From Octopus bimaculoides (Eukaryota), in assembly GCF_001194135.2 (NCBI RefSeq), contig NC_069001.1, positions 3,369,966 to 3,433,965 of the forward strand: a stretch of 64,000 nucleotides of DNA. The letters are read 5' to 3'. Below are positions 35,351-48,160 of the stretch, in pieces (position 1 is the first letter of the stretch; each line of letters starts with the position of its first letter). Made by a program: the position numbers and the translations under genes. Under the pieces are notes generated by a model. It was not told the DNA's origin, ran no database searches, and was given only the letters and a program-made list of their open reading frames with translations.

Positions 35351-38300
35351 TGAGGCTATATATATACTCACAAATGCAAATAAATATTTGTAATTGTACA
35401 CACAGGCATGTATGTATGTATGTAGAGATAGATAGATAGATATGGATTGGTGTACATGTGTGTACAAATGGGGGGCGGGGCTATTTCAGTTCATGAAGTG
35501 GGGTGTATATATTTCATTTAGAAGCTGAAGATTCGTAACTTTGAGAGTTTCTAGTGTCTGATTATTCAAATCTTTGAATAGTTGAAAACATGAAGTTCCG
35601 ACTGAGGAAGCTTCTTCCTGATAACACTCACATACTACACGCACACACGTACTCACATGTACGTACACATTCACACACACATGCATGCACGCACGCACGC
35701 ATACCACACCCCCACACATTGTCTCTCTCTCTCACCCTTTCTCATGCATATACATACACAGACAAGTCTTTTGTCATTGTAGAGATCAATCGATGTCACA
35801 CAGTAAACACACTCACTCTGCATGTTGTGTTACACTAAACTAATGAATATGTACGTGGACATCGTATGGCATAAATGAAGTGATCAGCCAGCCAATGGTA
35901 GAGTGACAAAGAGAAAGTAAAGGTTTTCTGTCTTTTTTACCTGTTGACAATTGTGATCACAGCTAGAGTGATGTGAGATTCAGCTGGGGCGAATTCATAG
36001 CAGACGTATTCCTTTGTCTAACGAAAAGCAGTACTGGAAGTTTGTAGCTGGTTCACTCTGAAGAAATACATTTTACAAACCTTCCTTCCAAGACATGTTC
36101 TGACCTGTTCCAGCCTGTTTCTCATTTCAGCTCTCTTTCTCTCTCCCTCTCTATCCCTCTTCTCTCTCTCTATTTGTCTCCCTTGTCTCTCTCTCTCTCT
36201 CTCTCTCTCTCCCTGTCCCCCTTCTCTCTCTCAACTACACACACACACACACACTCACAAAAGAACAAAAAATACAGTTGAAATGGAGTGGAGTATTGTG
36301 GAATAACAACCTATATAATGACAATTTAACGGCAACTACATTGGTAACATGTAGCTTACCAGCAGAAACACACAAGCACCCCCCCCCATTCACACACATC
36401 TTTTTTTTTATTCTTGTAATGGCTTCAACTATTATATTGCAGCCATGGTTAGATGTTGCCCTTCAAGGATCTAGTTAATTTTATGGCCTCATTACTTAAT
36501 TGATCTCCAATTTTGTCCTGGGACGTGAATTTTGGATCCTCAATATCTGCATATTTCCAACAAAAATTTATAGTAGGAATCTAATAATATAGTCAACGTT
36601 CATACACATATTCACATGTCATACTCTGCACATGTGTAAGAATCAATGTGGATTTCATGTTATAGCTAAACATTTTGTTTTATATACACACACAAACACT
36701 TATCAAATTCTACATATGTATATAAGAACCTATGATATAGATCTAACGTTATAGTTACTTAAACATTTAATGTGCGTGCGCGCGCATACACACACATTCT
36801 CACTCAAACACATATGTGTAGAGAATGATGTAATTATTTCCATTCCTGGAGTTCACACTGTTATCTATCAAGTTGATATCTATCATCAACAATCCAGCAT
36901 TTTCCTGTACAAGCATATGCCTATGCATATACATTCCTTTTCTGTTCCACACCAGAGAAATTGGAGTATTGGTTTAGTTTCATCATTGACTCCATTTACC
37001 TTTCAGTAATTGATCTGTATGTCTGCTGAATTTATATTCTTTTGATTTTATTCTATCTTCTATGATCTAATATAAGGCCATTTCTTAGGCAAGTTCCTTT
37101 TATATTTTAATTGATGACACTAGAAACCAAATCTTTTGAAGTGTGTTGTCACCTTTGGATATTTTAGATTACTTTATTCAATTCCTGCTGCTACCACTTA
37201 ACACCAACATTATTGTCTTCATCACCATCATTATCATGACCTTTTCCATCATTCTCTCTAAAATCTCAGTTTCTGTTGGTATAATCTCTGCTACTACTGA
37301 CATATCATCATCATCATCATCACCACCACCACCACCACCACCTCCACCACCACTTCCACCACCACCTCCACCACCACCATCACTATTCCAACCATGATAT
37401 TCTATTTAATGAGATTTTTAACCTTGGCAAAAGGCCGTGTATTTTGGTCAATTAAATTGATCCTAGTGCTTGATTGGTGTATGTTTTGTCGGGCTTGGAG
37501 GGATGAGAAGCAAAGTTACTCTTGGTGGATTTGAACTCAAGGAGATATGACTCAATACTAAAAAGCATTTTGTTTAACTCTCAACCAATTGTAACACTAT
37601 ACAGCATTCTGTGTGATAAGACGTCTTGAAATTAACTCTTTTATGAGCAAAGGCATTATATGTGATTTAGAACATTGCAATTATGTGTGTGCTCATATTC
37701 AATTCTACTTTGGGCAAGTATCTTCTTGAGATGGGACTTTAGGCAAGTTGGAAGTTCATTGAGAGTCCATCCGTTCTTGTTTTGTGGTGGTAAAGTAAAT
37801 CTGTCATCATGTTTTAACATCATCACCTGGATCTTGGGTATCTTTAGCAGTAGTACTCTGTTGCTAGTATTCAGGTTAGATTGCCAGTCTGAGGAGAACA
37901 TATTTCACCAGTATAAGAGGCCTTGAAAATGTCATGGGTGCTGCCTTTTCTCTTCTGACTAAACAATTAGAAGAAAATAAAACTTGCAATGTATAGTGTG
38001 ATTCCTTATAGTTTGTGAGTATGCATATTTGAAAATTATAATGTTGTTGTACTAAACCAGGATTTGAACTGGTATCTTTACCTTCTTTCTACTAATCATT
38101 GTGGTATCAGTGGCACTAGAGTTGTTCCTATTTCTGGTATCTAAGTAAACTTGGACCTTGTAGAAGCAAATTTATTGCTTGAGCATTAATGAAATAGCTA
38201 TTTACAGTTAGATGGCTATTTATTCAACATTTTTTAATTTGTTTTAAAAGGATTGGGATCTGAAACCATGTGTTGAACCAATATTGTTATTCAGGAATAC

Positions 38301-39651
38301 CCCACATTATGGAAGTAATGTGTTCCTGAAAAAGTTACTGTAATGCAGAATTAATTTTTCCATTGATTTTCATGTTTACAAAGTATTAACATCTTCTGAT
38401 GGATTTGAAACAACATCAGAAAACAAGCAACACTATGCATGAAAATAACAATTTCAAATCATACATGGTATTGTGTGTATATATAAAAATATTTGAATGG
38501 AAGTATCTAAGGGAATAATGCAATACCATAACCACTAGGCATGTGGCTGAGTGGTTAGGGTGTTGCAGTCATGATTGGCATTGTCTCTTCTATACTATCA
38601 CCATACAAACATCAAATATTATACTATATCTTGTATAGTGAGGAGCACTCAAAAGCATAATGAAAAAGGTAAAAGTAGACTCACAATAAATATGAGTCAA
38701 CTCTGGTTTTAAATACCAATTTAATACATTTTTTAATGATGTTAATGATTTTATGACAGTTATGAATATCACATCTAATCTTTCTTCTCTATAAATCTAA
38801 AGTATTATTCCCAGGTAAAAAATCAATTTTGCATTTGATGTACTATTTTAGTTTGGTACCATGTTAGTATGCTAGTTGTAATCCTCTTTCTATTAGTAGT
38901 GTCAGAAGCCATTAAGCTTGATTGGTGAGAGGTGGGATGTATAGGTACATAGTGAATCTGTAGTCTTGCCTAGACTTGAGTCAGTTCTGGAATGTTATTT
39001 TTGCAACATTGGGTTAAAGCAGGTTTCGGGAATTTACAACCCTGAAATTACCTTTATTTCTTTATCTTTTGGTTTTCAATTTATGGCAATTAATTGTCTT
39101 ATGTTGTTGTTATTGCTGAGATGAGAAATTCCTGAATGTACACAATACAAAGTGTGAATGTTCTTGCATATATTTCGGTTGCTCTGGTATATTGGTGGTA
39201 TCACATAAGGCTTTTACTCACAATTGATTAGCACTTAGAATACTTGTATATTTTAGTATCCATTGTGTAATTCTTCTAGCAATTGTGTACTGTGAAAGGG
39301 TGGATTTACGTGACTGAGTAGTACCATCATTACCACAGATATCTCCAACTACAAAAATTTAGCTACTGTTTGTTTTTGTGCTGTTTTTTCATGTTTGTTT
39401 GAATCTCCACTCTGAAAACTTAGAAACTTTTCAAGCTACAAAGTATATATATTTTCATTAATGATTGTTAATCAAAATAGTTGATTTTTCCAAAAATTGC
39501 CCTTTTAACAAGTTACTTAGATATTAAATGCATGACCCAAGCTCTTATCAATGTTATACACTAGACAGATTACAGGTCAATAAAAAATTATCAGTTCCAG
39601 AGAAAGTGATAAAAGCAATAGAAATGGTTACAAAATTTCTTTCAGTTATTA

Positions 39652-39830
39652 ATAGATATAGTAGTTAGTGTAGCTGGCTGTATGGTAGTGATTGCAGTGG
39701 GAACAGATAGTTAATGATGCAAAATGCTTTCAGATATTAATGGATATAGTAGTTAGTATAGCTGGCTATATAGTAGTGATTATGGTAAAAGTGAAAGCTA
39801 ATGATGCAAAAATGCTTTCAAATACTAACT
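39652..39830. repeat. 88-bp tandem duplication
   Basis: GTAGTTAGT(G/A)TAGCTGGCT...TAATGATGCAAAATGCTTTCA starts at 39661 and again at 39749. Confidence 0.8.
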
Positions 39831-42800
39831 ATTTGTATCTAGGGAAAAAATATTTTTATGTATTAACTTTTGGGTTAATATTGGGACAAATATTTCTTCA
39901 GAATGCTTAGAAGAATGGGTGGTGGATGCTAACTGAATGTAGCCTTGCTAGTAGTAGTAGTAGCAGCAGCTATACAATGCTTACAATGGTTTTCACTTTA
40001 GAATACTTATGATGACCACCTAAAAAGATTAAATAATTCATTCCACCATATCAAAGATTCTAATTACAAAATCAGAATTTTTGTAATTTGTTTCAGGCTG
40101 ATTGTGATCTGACTATGATATCACAGATCTTAAAATTTTCAATTTTCTGAGGTTGGAATATGAATAGGGTCTTTTGTTTGCATCAGTAATTCTCTTAGTG
40201 AAAGGGAAATTGCAACAAGAACCAAAACTTAGTCATAAATTTAGCTCACTGCTGCTCACCATGCTTAAATTTACCTACTTTTACAATTGATTCTCTTATA
40301 TTGACACAAGGTGACAAAATTTAAAAGAAAGATACAGTTAAATTACTTAATCCCAGTAATATATAACAGTTACTTATTTTATTGACCCTGAGAGAGTTAA
40401 AAGTTGACTCCTAGGAGTATTTGATCTAAGGCAGTATCAGTAAAGAACTAAATAAAACTGTCTTGCAATAAATCTGATTGTTCTATCATGTCTGCTACTC
40501 CATCACCAACTTTACATTTTGAGTTCTTAGTATCATTTCTTTAAAATAATTTAACTGGAGGAAGAAGGGCAGCATCCAAGACCTTATTGCAGGTCTTCCA
40601 AGACTTGTGGGAAGAAGGAATAAAGTTATCTTCATATCAGAGACCTGATCTGAATGCTTGCAAAAGAGTGGACTCTGTTAAAAGCATCCAAGGGCTAGAT
40701 GGTGGTATCAAACTAGGTGACAGATTATGTCTGTCACCTAAGAATAAGAGTGGTCTCCCTCTCTTATGGGTCTCCATATAATTTCTGACTGCCAAATTTC
40801 ACTCACAAGGCTCTGGTTGTCTCAAACCTATGATAAAAGACGCTTGGTCAAGATGTCATAAAGTGGGATCGAATATATAACCGCATAATTATGGGGTGAA
40901 CATTTTTAGCCACCTAGCATATTGTAGTTAAAGAAATAAATTCCTTGTAAACTGAGTCTAAAGTATGACTGATGAGTTGGAAACAGGTGAAACAGTAGTG
41001 CCCATGGCCCTTTTTTCAGGTCTGCCAGGACGAGTGAGAGAAAGGAAGAAAATTACAATATCTTGTATCCTCTCTCTATAACACATTGGACACATACAAA
41101 AGAAACCAATATTGATTTCTTATATGATATAAATACTGAGAAAAACTGGTTAGCTTTTGGTATACCAATCAGTCTTTGGCAACATGACAAAGCTTGATAA
41201 TCATCATAATAATGATGCATCACTTTTGTTGTCCAGTCTGTTGATATATATATGTATATATATATATATATATATCTGATATTGGCACACAGCCACACAT
41301 TTGTAGAGAAAGGCTATTGTAGATAGAATGTACCCTTCTGTATGACTAGAGAGATGAAAAGCAAAGTTAACTCCAGTGGGATATAATTTCGGAGTGAAGC
41401 TAAATACTGAAAAGAGTTAGTATAGTTATAGTCATGTCACTGACCCATTATAATAAAACGAATTAATTATTATTATTATTATCATTATTATTATTATTAT
41501 AATTAGGCAGTGAGCTGGCAGAATCATTAGCATACCAGGCGAAATGCTTAGCAGTATTTCATCTGACTTCACATTTTGCCGAGGTTGACTTTGCCTTTCA
41601 TCCTTTTTACTGACAGTAGAATTGTGTCAGACCAATTTCCTATAAAACTTTGACACTTTTGGGAATATGGAATTATTAAAAAAAGAATGAAAGTGAATGT
41701 CAGCATTTGTGTATGTGTGTGTGTGTGTGTGTGTTTGTGTTAGATAGCAAACATGACACTGCTTTCCATGATGTAATTTTTTCAGTTTCAATACCTGGTC
41801 TCAGACCAAATTACTCACCAAACAAGTACAACTCTGAAAGTAGCAACATAGTTGAAGTAGAAAATCATTTGATAGACTATCAGGGAGCTTATCTTCTACT
41901 CTAAACTACTCACCAAAGAGTGATATGTATTTAGTGTAGCTTCATTGCAACTTGAACTTTAAGCTTTGAAGATGTTCAATGATGAGGATTCTCCAAAATC
42001 TTTTGGAAGTTGTTTGATATAGGAATCTTTAATTAAGGAAAATAGGATTGCAACAATAAAATCTCTACTACTAAAAACACTAATTCTCAAGCTTATAAAT
42101 TCAAAAAGAGCAGCCATTACTTTGAATTTCTGCTTATTTCTGTATTGCTGTTTGAGGAATTATAGAAGTTGTTGAGACTGATTTTATTTGTTTTTAGGAA
42201 GGCAAAATTTTAAAAGTGAATATTACTAGTATTATCATTCTCATTTCTAGTAGTATATTGTAAAATACTTGTTGGCTGTTGATAAAGACTTGAGTTTGTT
42301 GGGTACAAATCATTGACCTTCTGACCAATAAACAGGTATTTTAATTAACTGACCAACTGCAACTAATATCATGCTTGCTAGATTACTTTAAAATGTCACA
42401 GTTAAAACCTTTTCCATGGAATAGTTTGGAATATCTCCTGTATAGTTTTTTAAGCTTCCATAGAATTGATAATCAAAATAATGTGGAAGTTTGTCTTAAA
42501 AATCCACTTAAAAAGATGGAGACCATTGAAACTGTTTAAAATATTCCTGACAATTGAGAGACATGGTTTTATTTCATACACTTTATTAATTGCATTGATT
42601 ATTTGCCAATACATTACTTTGAAAATGTCTGATATGATGAAACTGAGATCTGGCCAAAAAAGAGACAGAGACATAGCTTAATGAAACATCATAAGAGGAA
42701 GCCTGATCATTTATACAGGTGTTAAGTGGTGATTAGAGAGGCTGAGAGTTAATTGTTTCAATATTGATATCTAACACTCAATCACAGCATCTTCAGAATT

Positions 42801-43970
42801 GCTGAACAAAGGATCGGCTTGAAAGGAAAAGAACATAAGAATAAAAATAACAATAGAAATCTAAAGTGAAATGAGAGAAAATTAATAAATAAAAAATATA
42901 TGGTAAAACACTAGTAGCAAAATTATACATTTAGTAGACAATTGAGATTGGAGTGAAGTTTTTCTTCTGACATTCTCATTTCTAATAAATTTATTCAAAG
43001 AACAAACCAATGTCATACGACAGCATATAGTTGTCCCTCCCTCCCTCCCATTTTTTTCTCTCCATTAAAAGTAAGCTGTGGAAAGTTCAAGAAAATTCTT
43101 CATTTGATTACTCTTGATCCTTCAGATTAATTTGATATTATTCAATGATCCCTCAGAATAGATGTAACTGGTAATTTGTCTTGGTTAAAAAAAAAAGTGG
43201 GGTTCTATTACAATCACCTATCTCCCACTCTTCTAAATTAGACACTGATGTCAGATATGCAGTTTTATAAAATGTTGGCACTAATTAATCTTGGTTAGAT
43301 TACAAATATACTTGCACGTTTTTTTAGCTATACCAAGCTGTATTTTTAGTCTCCAAATACCATGCAGATATGATGTCACTGACATTCTCTCTTGAAGAGT
43401 GAGCTAACAAACAAAATATCTCATTCATATATGTTTAACATACATTTCAACCTAAATAATTTGTCAAGACCATTATCTAAGAAATATTAGAAATTTGCAA
43501 CAAGAAATACACAAAAACTTTTGCCAAAGAAAGCAAAAAGTTGTTGAAACATTCCAGTAAAAACACATATAAACAAAGCAAAATACTGTTAGCAATTAAT
43601 TCATTGCCAAAAATGCTTAAAGGATAAAAGAAATGAAATAATGAAATGGTTTTAACAGTTCTAATTATTTTAAAAGTCAACTCAAAGAATTTGATAGAAA
43701 ATTCTTCCAAATGCTTTGTATTTTACAAACCCAAAAAAAGTGGTTAAGCAAATGTTTAAAACAAAGATAGCTTTGTGTAACATTTGAACAACTTATATTG
43801 TAAGATCAGATAGCAGTGACAAGAGAGGTTTATGTTGCAAAACAGATTTAGATATATTTCCAAACTTACATAAATTTGTCAAATTCTGAAAATATAAAAG
43901 TCAGATAGGCTAAGCAATTATTTCAATGTAAAAATGTAGATAAAATCTTACTTTTTGTTAATTATATTTG

Positions 43971-44004
<34 letters not shown>

Positions 44005-46728
44005 CAGTTGTTTTGGAAATCGTGTAGCAATGTTATCTTTTTTCTTTAACAATAATAATAATCTAAAATATGCCCCTAATTAAATCAGCAAACTTCTCAG
44101 TAGTTCCCAGAATAAATTTAAGAGTTTCCAATAAAACTCAAGTCAAAAAATAATTTAGCAAGGACAGCTTTAAGCTGCTGACAAGTAAATAAGAACAACA
44201 ACAATAATAGTTTCTAAAGTACCTTTGTTATTGATAAAATAACAGAACCAACTTACAATGACTAAATAGTGAAAATATTAAAGATAATTTGAGTTGCTTT
44301 ACATCGATGTGATGTAAAACAGGGAACATTGGTTTAGGAATGGCTATGACTACACATCAACTCCCTGCAAAATCTCAAATTTATGTTTTTCTTGAAAGTT
44401 TTGAAGATGATTGAAAATAATTTTTAAAAAAATGTAGTAACAATTATGAAAGTAAACTTTAAAAATATAAATATCATTAAATAGAAGACAACAATTGTGG
44501 ATGTTTTTGATTTTTTGTTGTTTTTCTTTTTTTGTTTTTGTTTTTGCTAGTTGCAGAAGTGTGATTAGAGTAATGCTACTCATGAATGACCAACCCGTAC
44601 TAACTAGATACTATATAGGAAAGTAGCAATAGAAGATAACAGTCAATTAATAGGGCCCACTCCATATATATATGTGTGCCACTGAAGACTAGTGGCAATG
44701 GAGAAATTTGCAAACAGGAGCTTGCGAGAAGAAACTAAGAGTACAACTTCTGGTGGGGGTCAGTACGTAGAATCTAATACACCATATCAAAATATTTACA
44801 ACTCTGTCACAACATTAAGTTTCCCCAAAGTTATTCATTAATGTACCAGCCACTGATGAATGTCTGAGGAGACCAGTGATGAGCACACTTTTTTCATTTT
44901 TTTTTTTTGTGTTTCAATTTAGAGGTACATCTATACATACACACACACACACACCTCACATGCATACATACAGACAGACAATCATCCACTTCTATAGGCA
45001 GGCAGCAACCATTTCACATACACACTTTGAATCATGTCAACAAGTGATGAGAAAAGTACGATAAAAAGCAGTCAATTATTGTGCTTATATGGAGGACTAA
45101 CTAAAAGAAATTGTCAGTCCTGGGTGCTAAAGCTCAATTCTTTCACTTGCAGAAAAACACAACTACAGTCAGTGATTTGAAAACTTTTTTGATCAATGAG
45201 AATAAATAATTTTAGTGTGGAAAAATTTCTCACAGCCAACAAAGAGGATCTTCATAAAAATGTTAAAACAATTATAATTTGCTTTTATCTGTTTTTTTTT
45301 AATTATTTTTTTTTTTAGAAACAAAAAACGAAAACTGAGTGCTTTTTTTTCTTTTTGTTTGGTCTCATAGAGTTGTTTATGTTGCAGTCTGAATTAGTTG
45401 CACCGTGCAGTCTGCTGCTGTCATAGTTACAACCCTATACTATTCAAGGAGTCAAAACAGACAACTGATTAGATAGAAAACATCTCAGAATTTTTCTTTC
45501 TTTTCTTTTTCTTTTTTTCTTGGAAGTGGTTGGTGCTTTTTAGCTCAATATTTCAGTTGTCTGAAGAATGGTGCATCTCCAAGCAGTCTTTTGACAACAC
45601 TAAGGTTGGTGATATGAAGTTTTAAGAATAGTTCAAATGGAGGAATATGTTGCAACTCAAGTTGTTTTGAAGAATTTGGAATTCCAAAGGAAACTTGCAA
45701 AGTATCAATATGTAGTTAAACACAGTCTTGAACAAGTCTGTGATGTGACAATGTTAAAATGATTTGATACTTTTAACTTCAAGAATGGTGGGAGAGAGGA
45801 AATGTGATGATAACCATAATAATGGTTGATTTACCCTCAAATGTTAAAAAAAAAAGTTTTTAATAATGTTAATTGGCCAAAATTTGTCACTGATATGACT
45901 AACAAAACATTGTGTTATTGTTGGCACAAAGAAATGGTTGTTTTTTTTTTCTTTCTTTATTCTTTTTTCTTTTGTTATATTTGAGGCAACAGAATTGTAT
46001 TATCAAACTAATGCTAAAAGGGAGGGAGCTAGGTAGAGTGGAAGATATTTTGGCAGTCTGTCTTCCAGTTGTAAAATGGAATTTGGTTTCAATAAAGTTG
46101 GTTAGCAGCCATTGGAAGCATTTGAATTCCATTAAGTCGCCAACAGGTTTCAGATGCTGAGGAGGGTGGGGAGGGACTTTCTTCTGAAACTACACTAATT
46201 GACACCCCACCACACACACAATGACCTGGTTGAAGTATTAATTCATCCAGTGAAGATAACTTACAAAATATTAAATAACGGATGTTACTGTTAAGTCTTT
46301 AGCTGCTGCATGGAACTGGAAATAAATCAAAGAAGTCATTAAACAAATAACTGACATTACAAACAAAATATATGGAGCTCACTAATTGTAAAAGTATTTA
46401 ATAAATTAGTACATCAAGTTTTCTGATTGGAGTGAGTTATCCACAGAGTTAAATCACACCTTTTACAAGCTGTATCCAGTCAAATAACTGAGATTAAAAA
46501 AAAATTTAACAATAACAAAAACATAAATAAAATAAAAACACACATACACACATATTAGAAAGTAAAAAAAACAACAACTTTGTACACTGAAAACATTTTG
46601 TTTGAAGCTCTCTTCCCCCCCTTTATTTGTTTTTCTTAGTTGTGAATTTCAGTTGAAATATCAGTCTTTGTGACATACTATTCAATTCTGCAGATACATA
46701 TATTTGTGGGCAGCAAGTGTAAAGAGTA

Positions 46729-46783
<55 letters not shown>

Positions 46784-47589
46784 AAGAGAGAGAGAAAGAG
46801 AGATGGGGGTTAGTAAACAGAAGTTATTATAATCAGTGAGAAATGCACAGCGGCAAGTTGAGGCACAAAAACACTAAAATAGCAAACATGAATAATGAGC
46901 AAAAGAAAATTGAGATAACAGTTTTAATGGGAGGTGAACAATAAACACAGAAATAACAGACGTTGACAAAAATATTGACCATTAACATTCGACTTAACAG
47001 TCAACAGAAATATCTAGATCTTTAAAAAAAATCTTAGTATTACTTCATAGTCAAAATCTACAGCTATTTTAGGAAGCTGTCAATTTAATTTGATAAACTT
47101 TGTAGAAATTTAATGAATAAATTGTTTCATTATAGAAATTCACAATGAATAACGTATTTTTTTAATATTGTTATTCAGAGACAAACTCTGAAAATATCAA
47201 AGTCAATTAATACAACAAATTCTAATGGTTGTATAAAGTTCCCCCATAATTTTTGTAGCATATGAATAAATGTCAAAATCTGTTATAATTAGCTAAATCA
47301 GAAGAAGCAAATGAAATTTCAGTGAAACCTCAGAGAATATTCAACAAGATGAAGCTGGAATCATTTGATTTAGGCATTTAAAGAACAAGAGAGAAGAAAA
47401 AAAAAAAGGTATAGTTTCGGGGGTTTTAACTTTCTAGAAATAGGCCACATGATGGTTTAATTTAATTAGTAAACCTTAACACTGTTTTATCAGGTACACC
47501 TGAATAGTCAGAACCATCTTGACTGTAATATCTATACTTTTATTAAAAGTAGTAGTAGTAGTAGTAGTAGTAATAATAATTTCTCACAT

Positions 47590-48160
47590 CGGCATGAAGT
47601 TTGAAATTTTTAAGGATGGAACAATGGAAAGTTGTGACAATCATGCCTTTCTCAAGAGCATCAGTGACATAAGTGAAATAAAATGGTTCTAAATGAGAAG
47701 GAAACCAGAGTTACTGGCTTCTTTCTCAGAGAACTTATCACTGTACTGTGCTGCTTGCTACGATATGTATTTGTTTCTTAACATAGGAGGGCTTCAAGCC
47801 TGAGATTTTTATAGGGATGGGGGTGGAAATAAGTTCTTCGTGCTTTTCCAAAGGTATTAGTGACATAGATGAAATAGCTGCAACCGGGAATTGAAACCAG
47901 GTTCAGAGTATACTTGAGTTTACCTCTAGTTTATGGCACTTGTCTGCCATCATGTATACAATGATTTAATGTTTTTACTGAATCACACAGTCACATATTT
48001 AAAGGGGAAAGGGAATAAAACTGTGTGGTGTTCATGCCTTTTTCAAAGGCATTAGTGACTAAAGTAAAGTGAATCAGATCCAACTAGGAATTGAAACTGG
48101 GTCGCAGGATTCGGTTTGCTGAGAGCTTGCCTCTAGTCTACAGTAGTTTCCTGTCACAAT
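47590..48160 (-). repeat. Three diverged ~195-bp tandem copies with tRNA-like head remnants
   Basis: Recurring TCATGCCTTT..CAAAGGCATTAGTGAC at about 47641, 47835 and 48032. GGAATTGAAAC(C/T)(A/G)GGT in copies 2 and 3 is the reverse complement of a T-arm/B-box. Confidence 0.55.

Noticed and set aside
37656-37926. Overlapping ORFs on both strands as an exon of an intervening gene
   Set aside because: No recognisable homology, no coherent splice pair and no partner exons.
41760-42040. Splice-site-like signals and an LRR-looking scrap (IKQLPKDFGES)
   Set aside because: All frames stop between the acceptor and donor, and the resemblance is too short.
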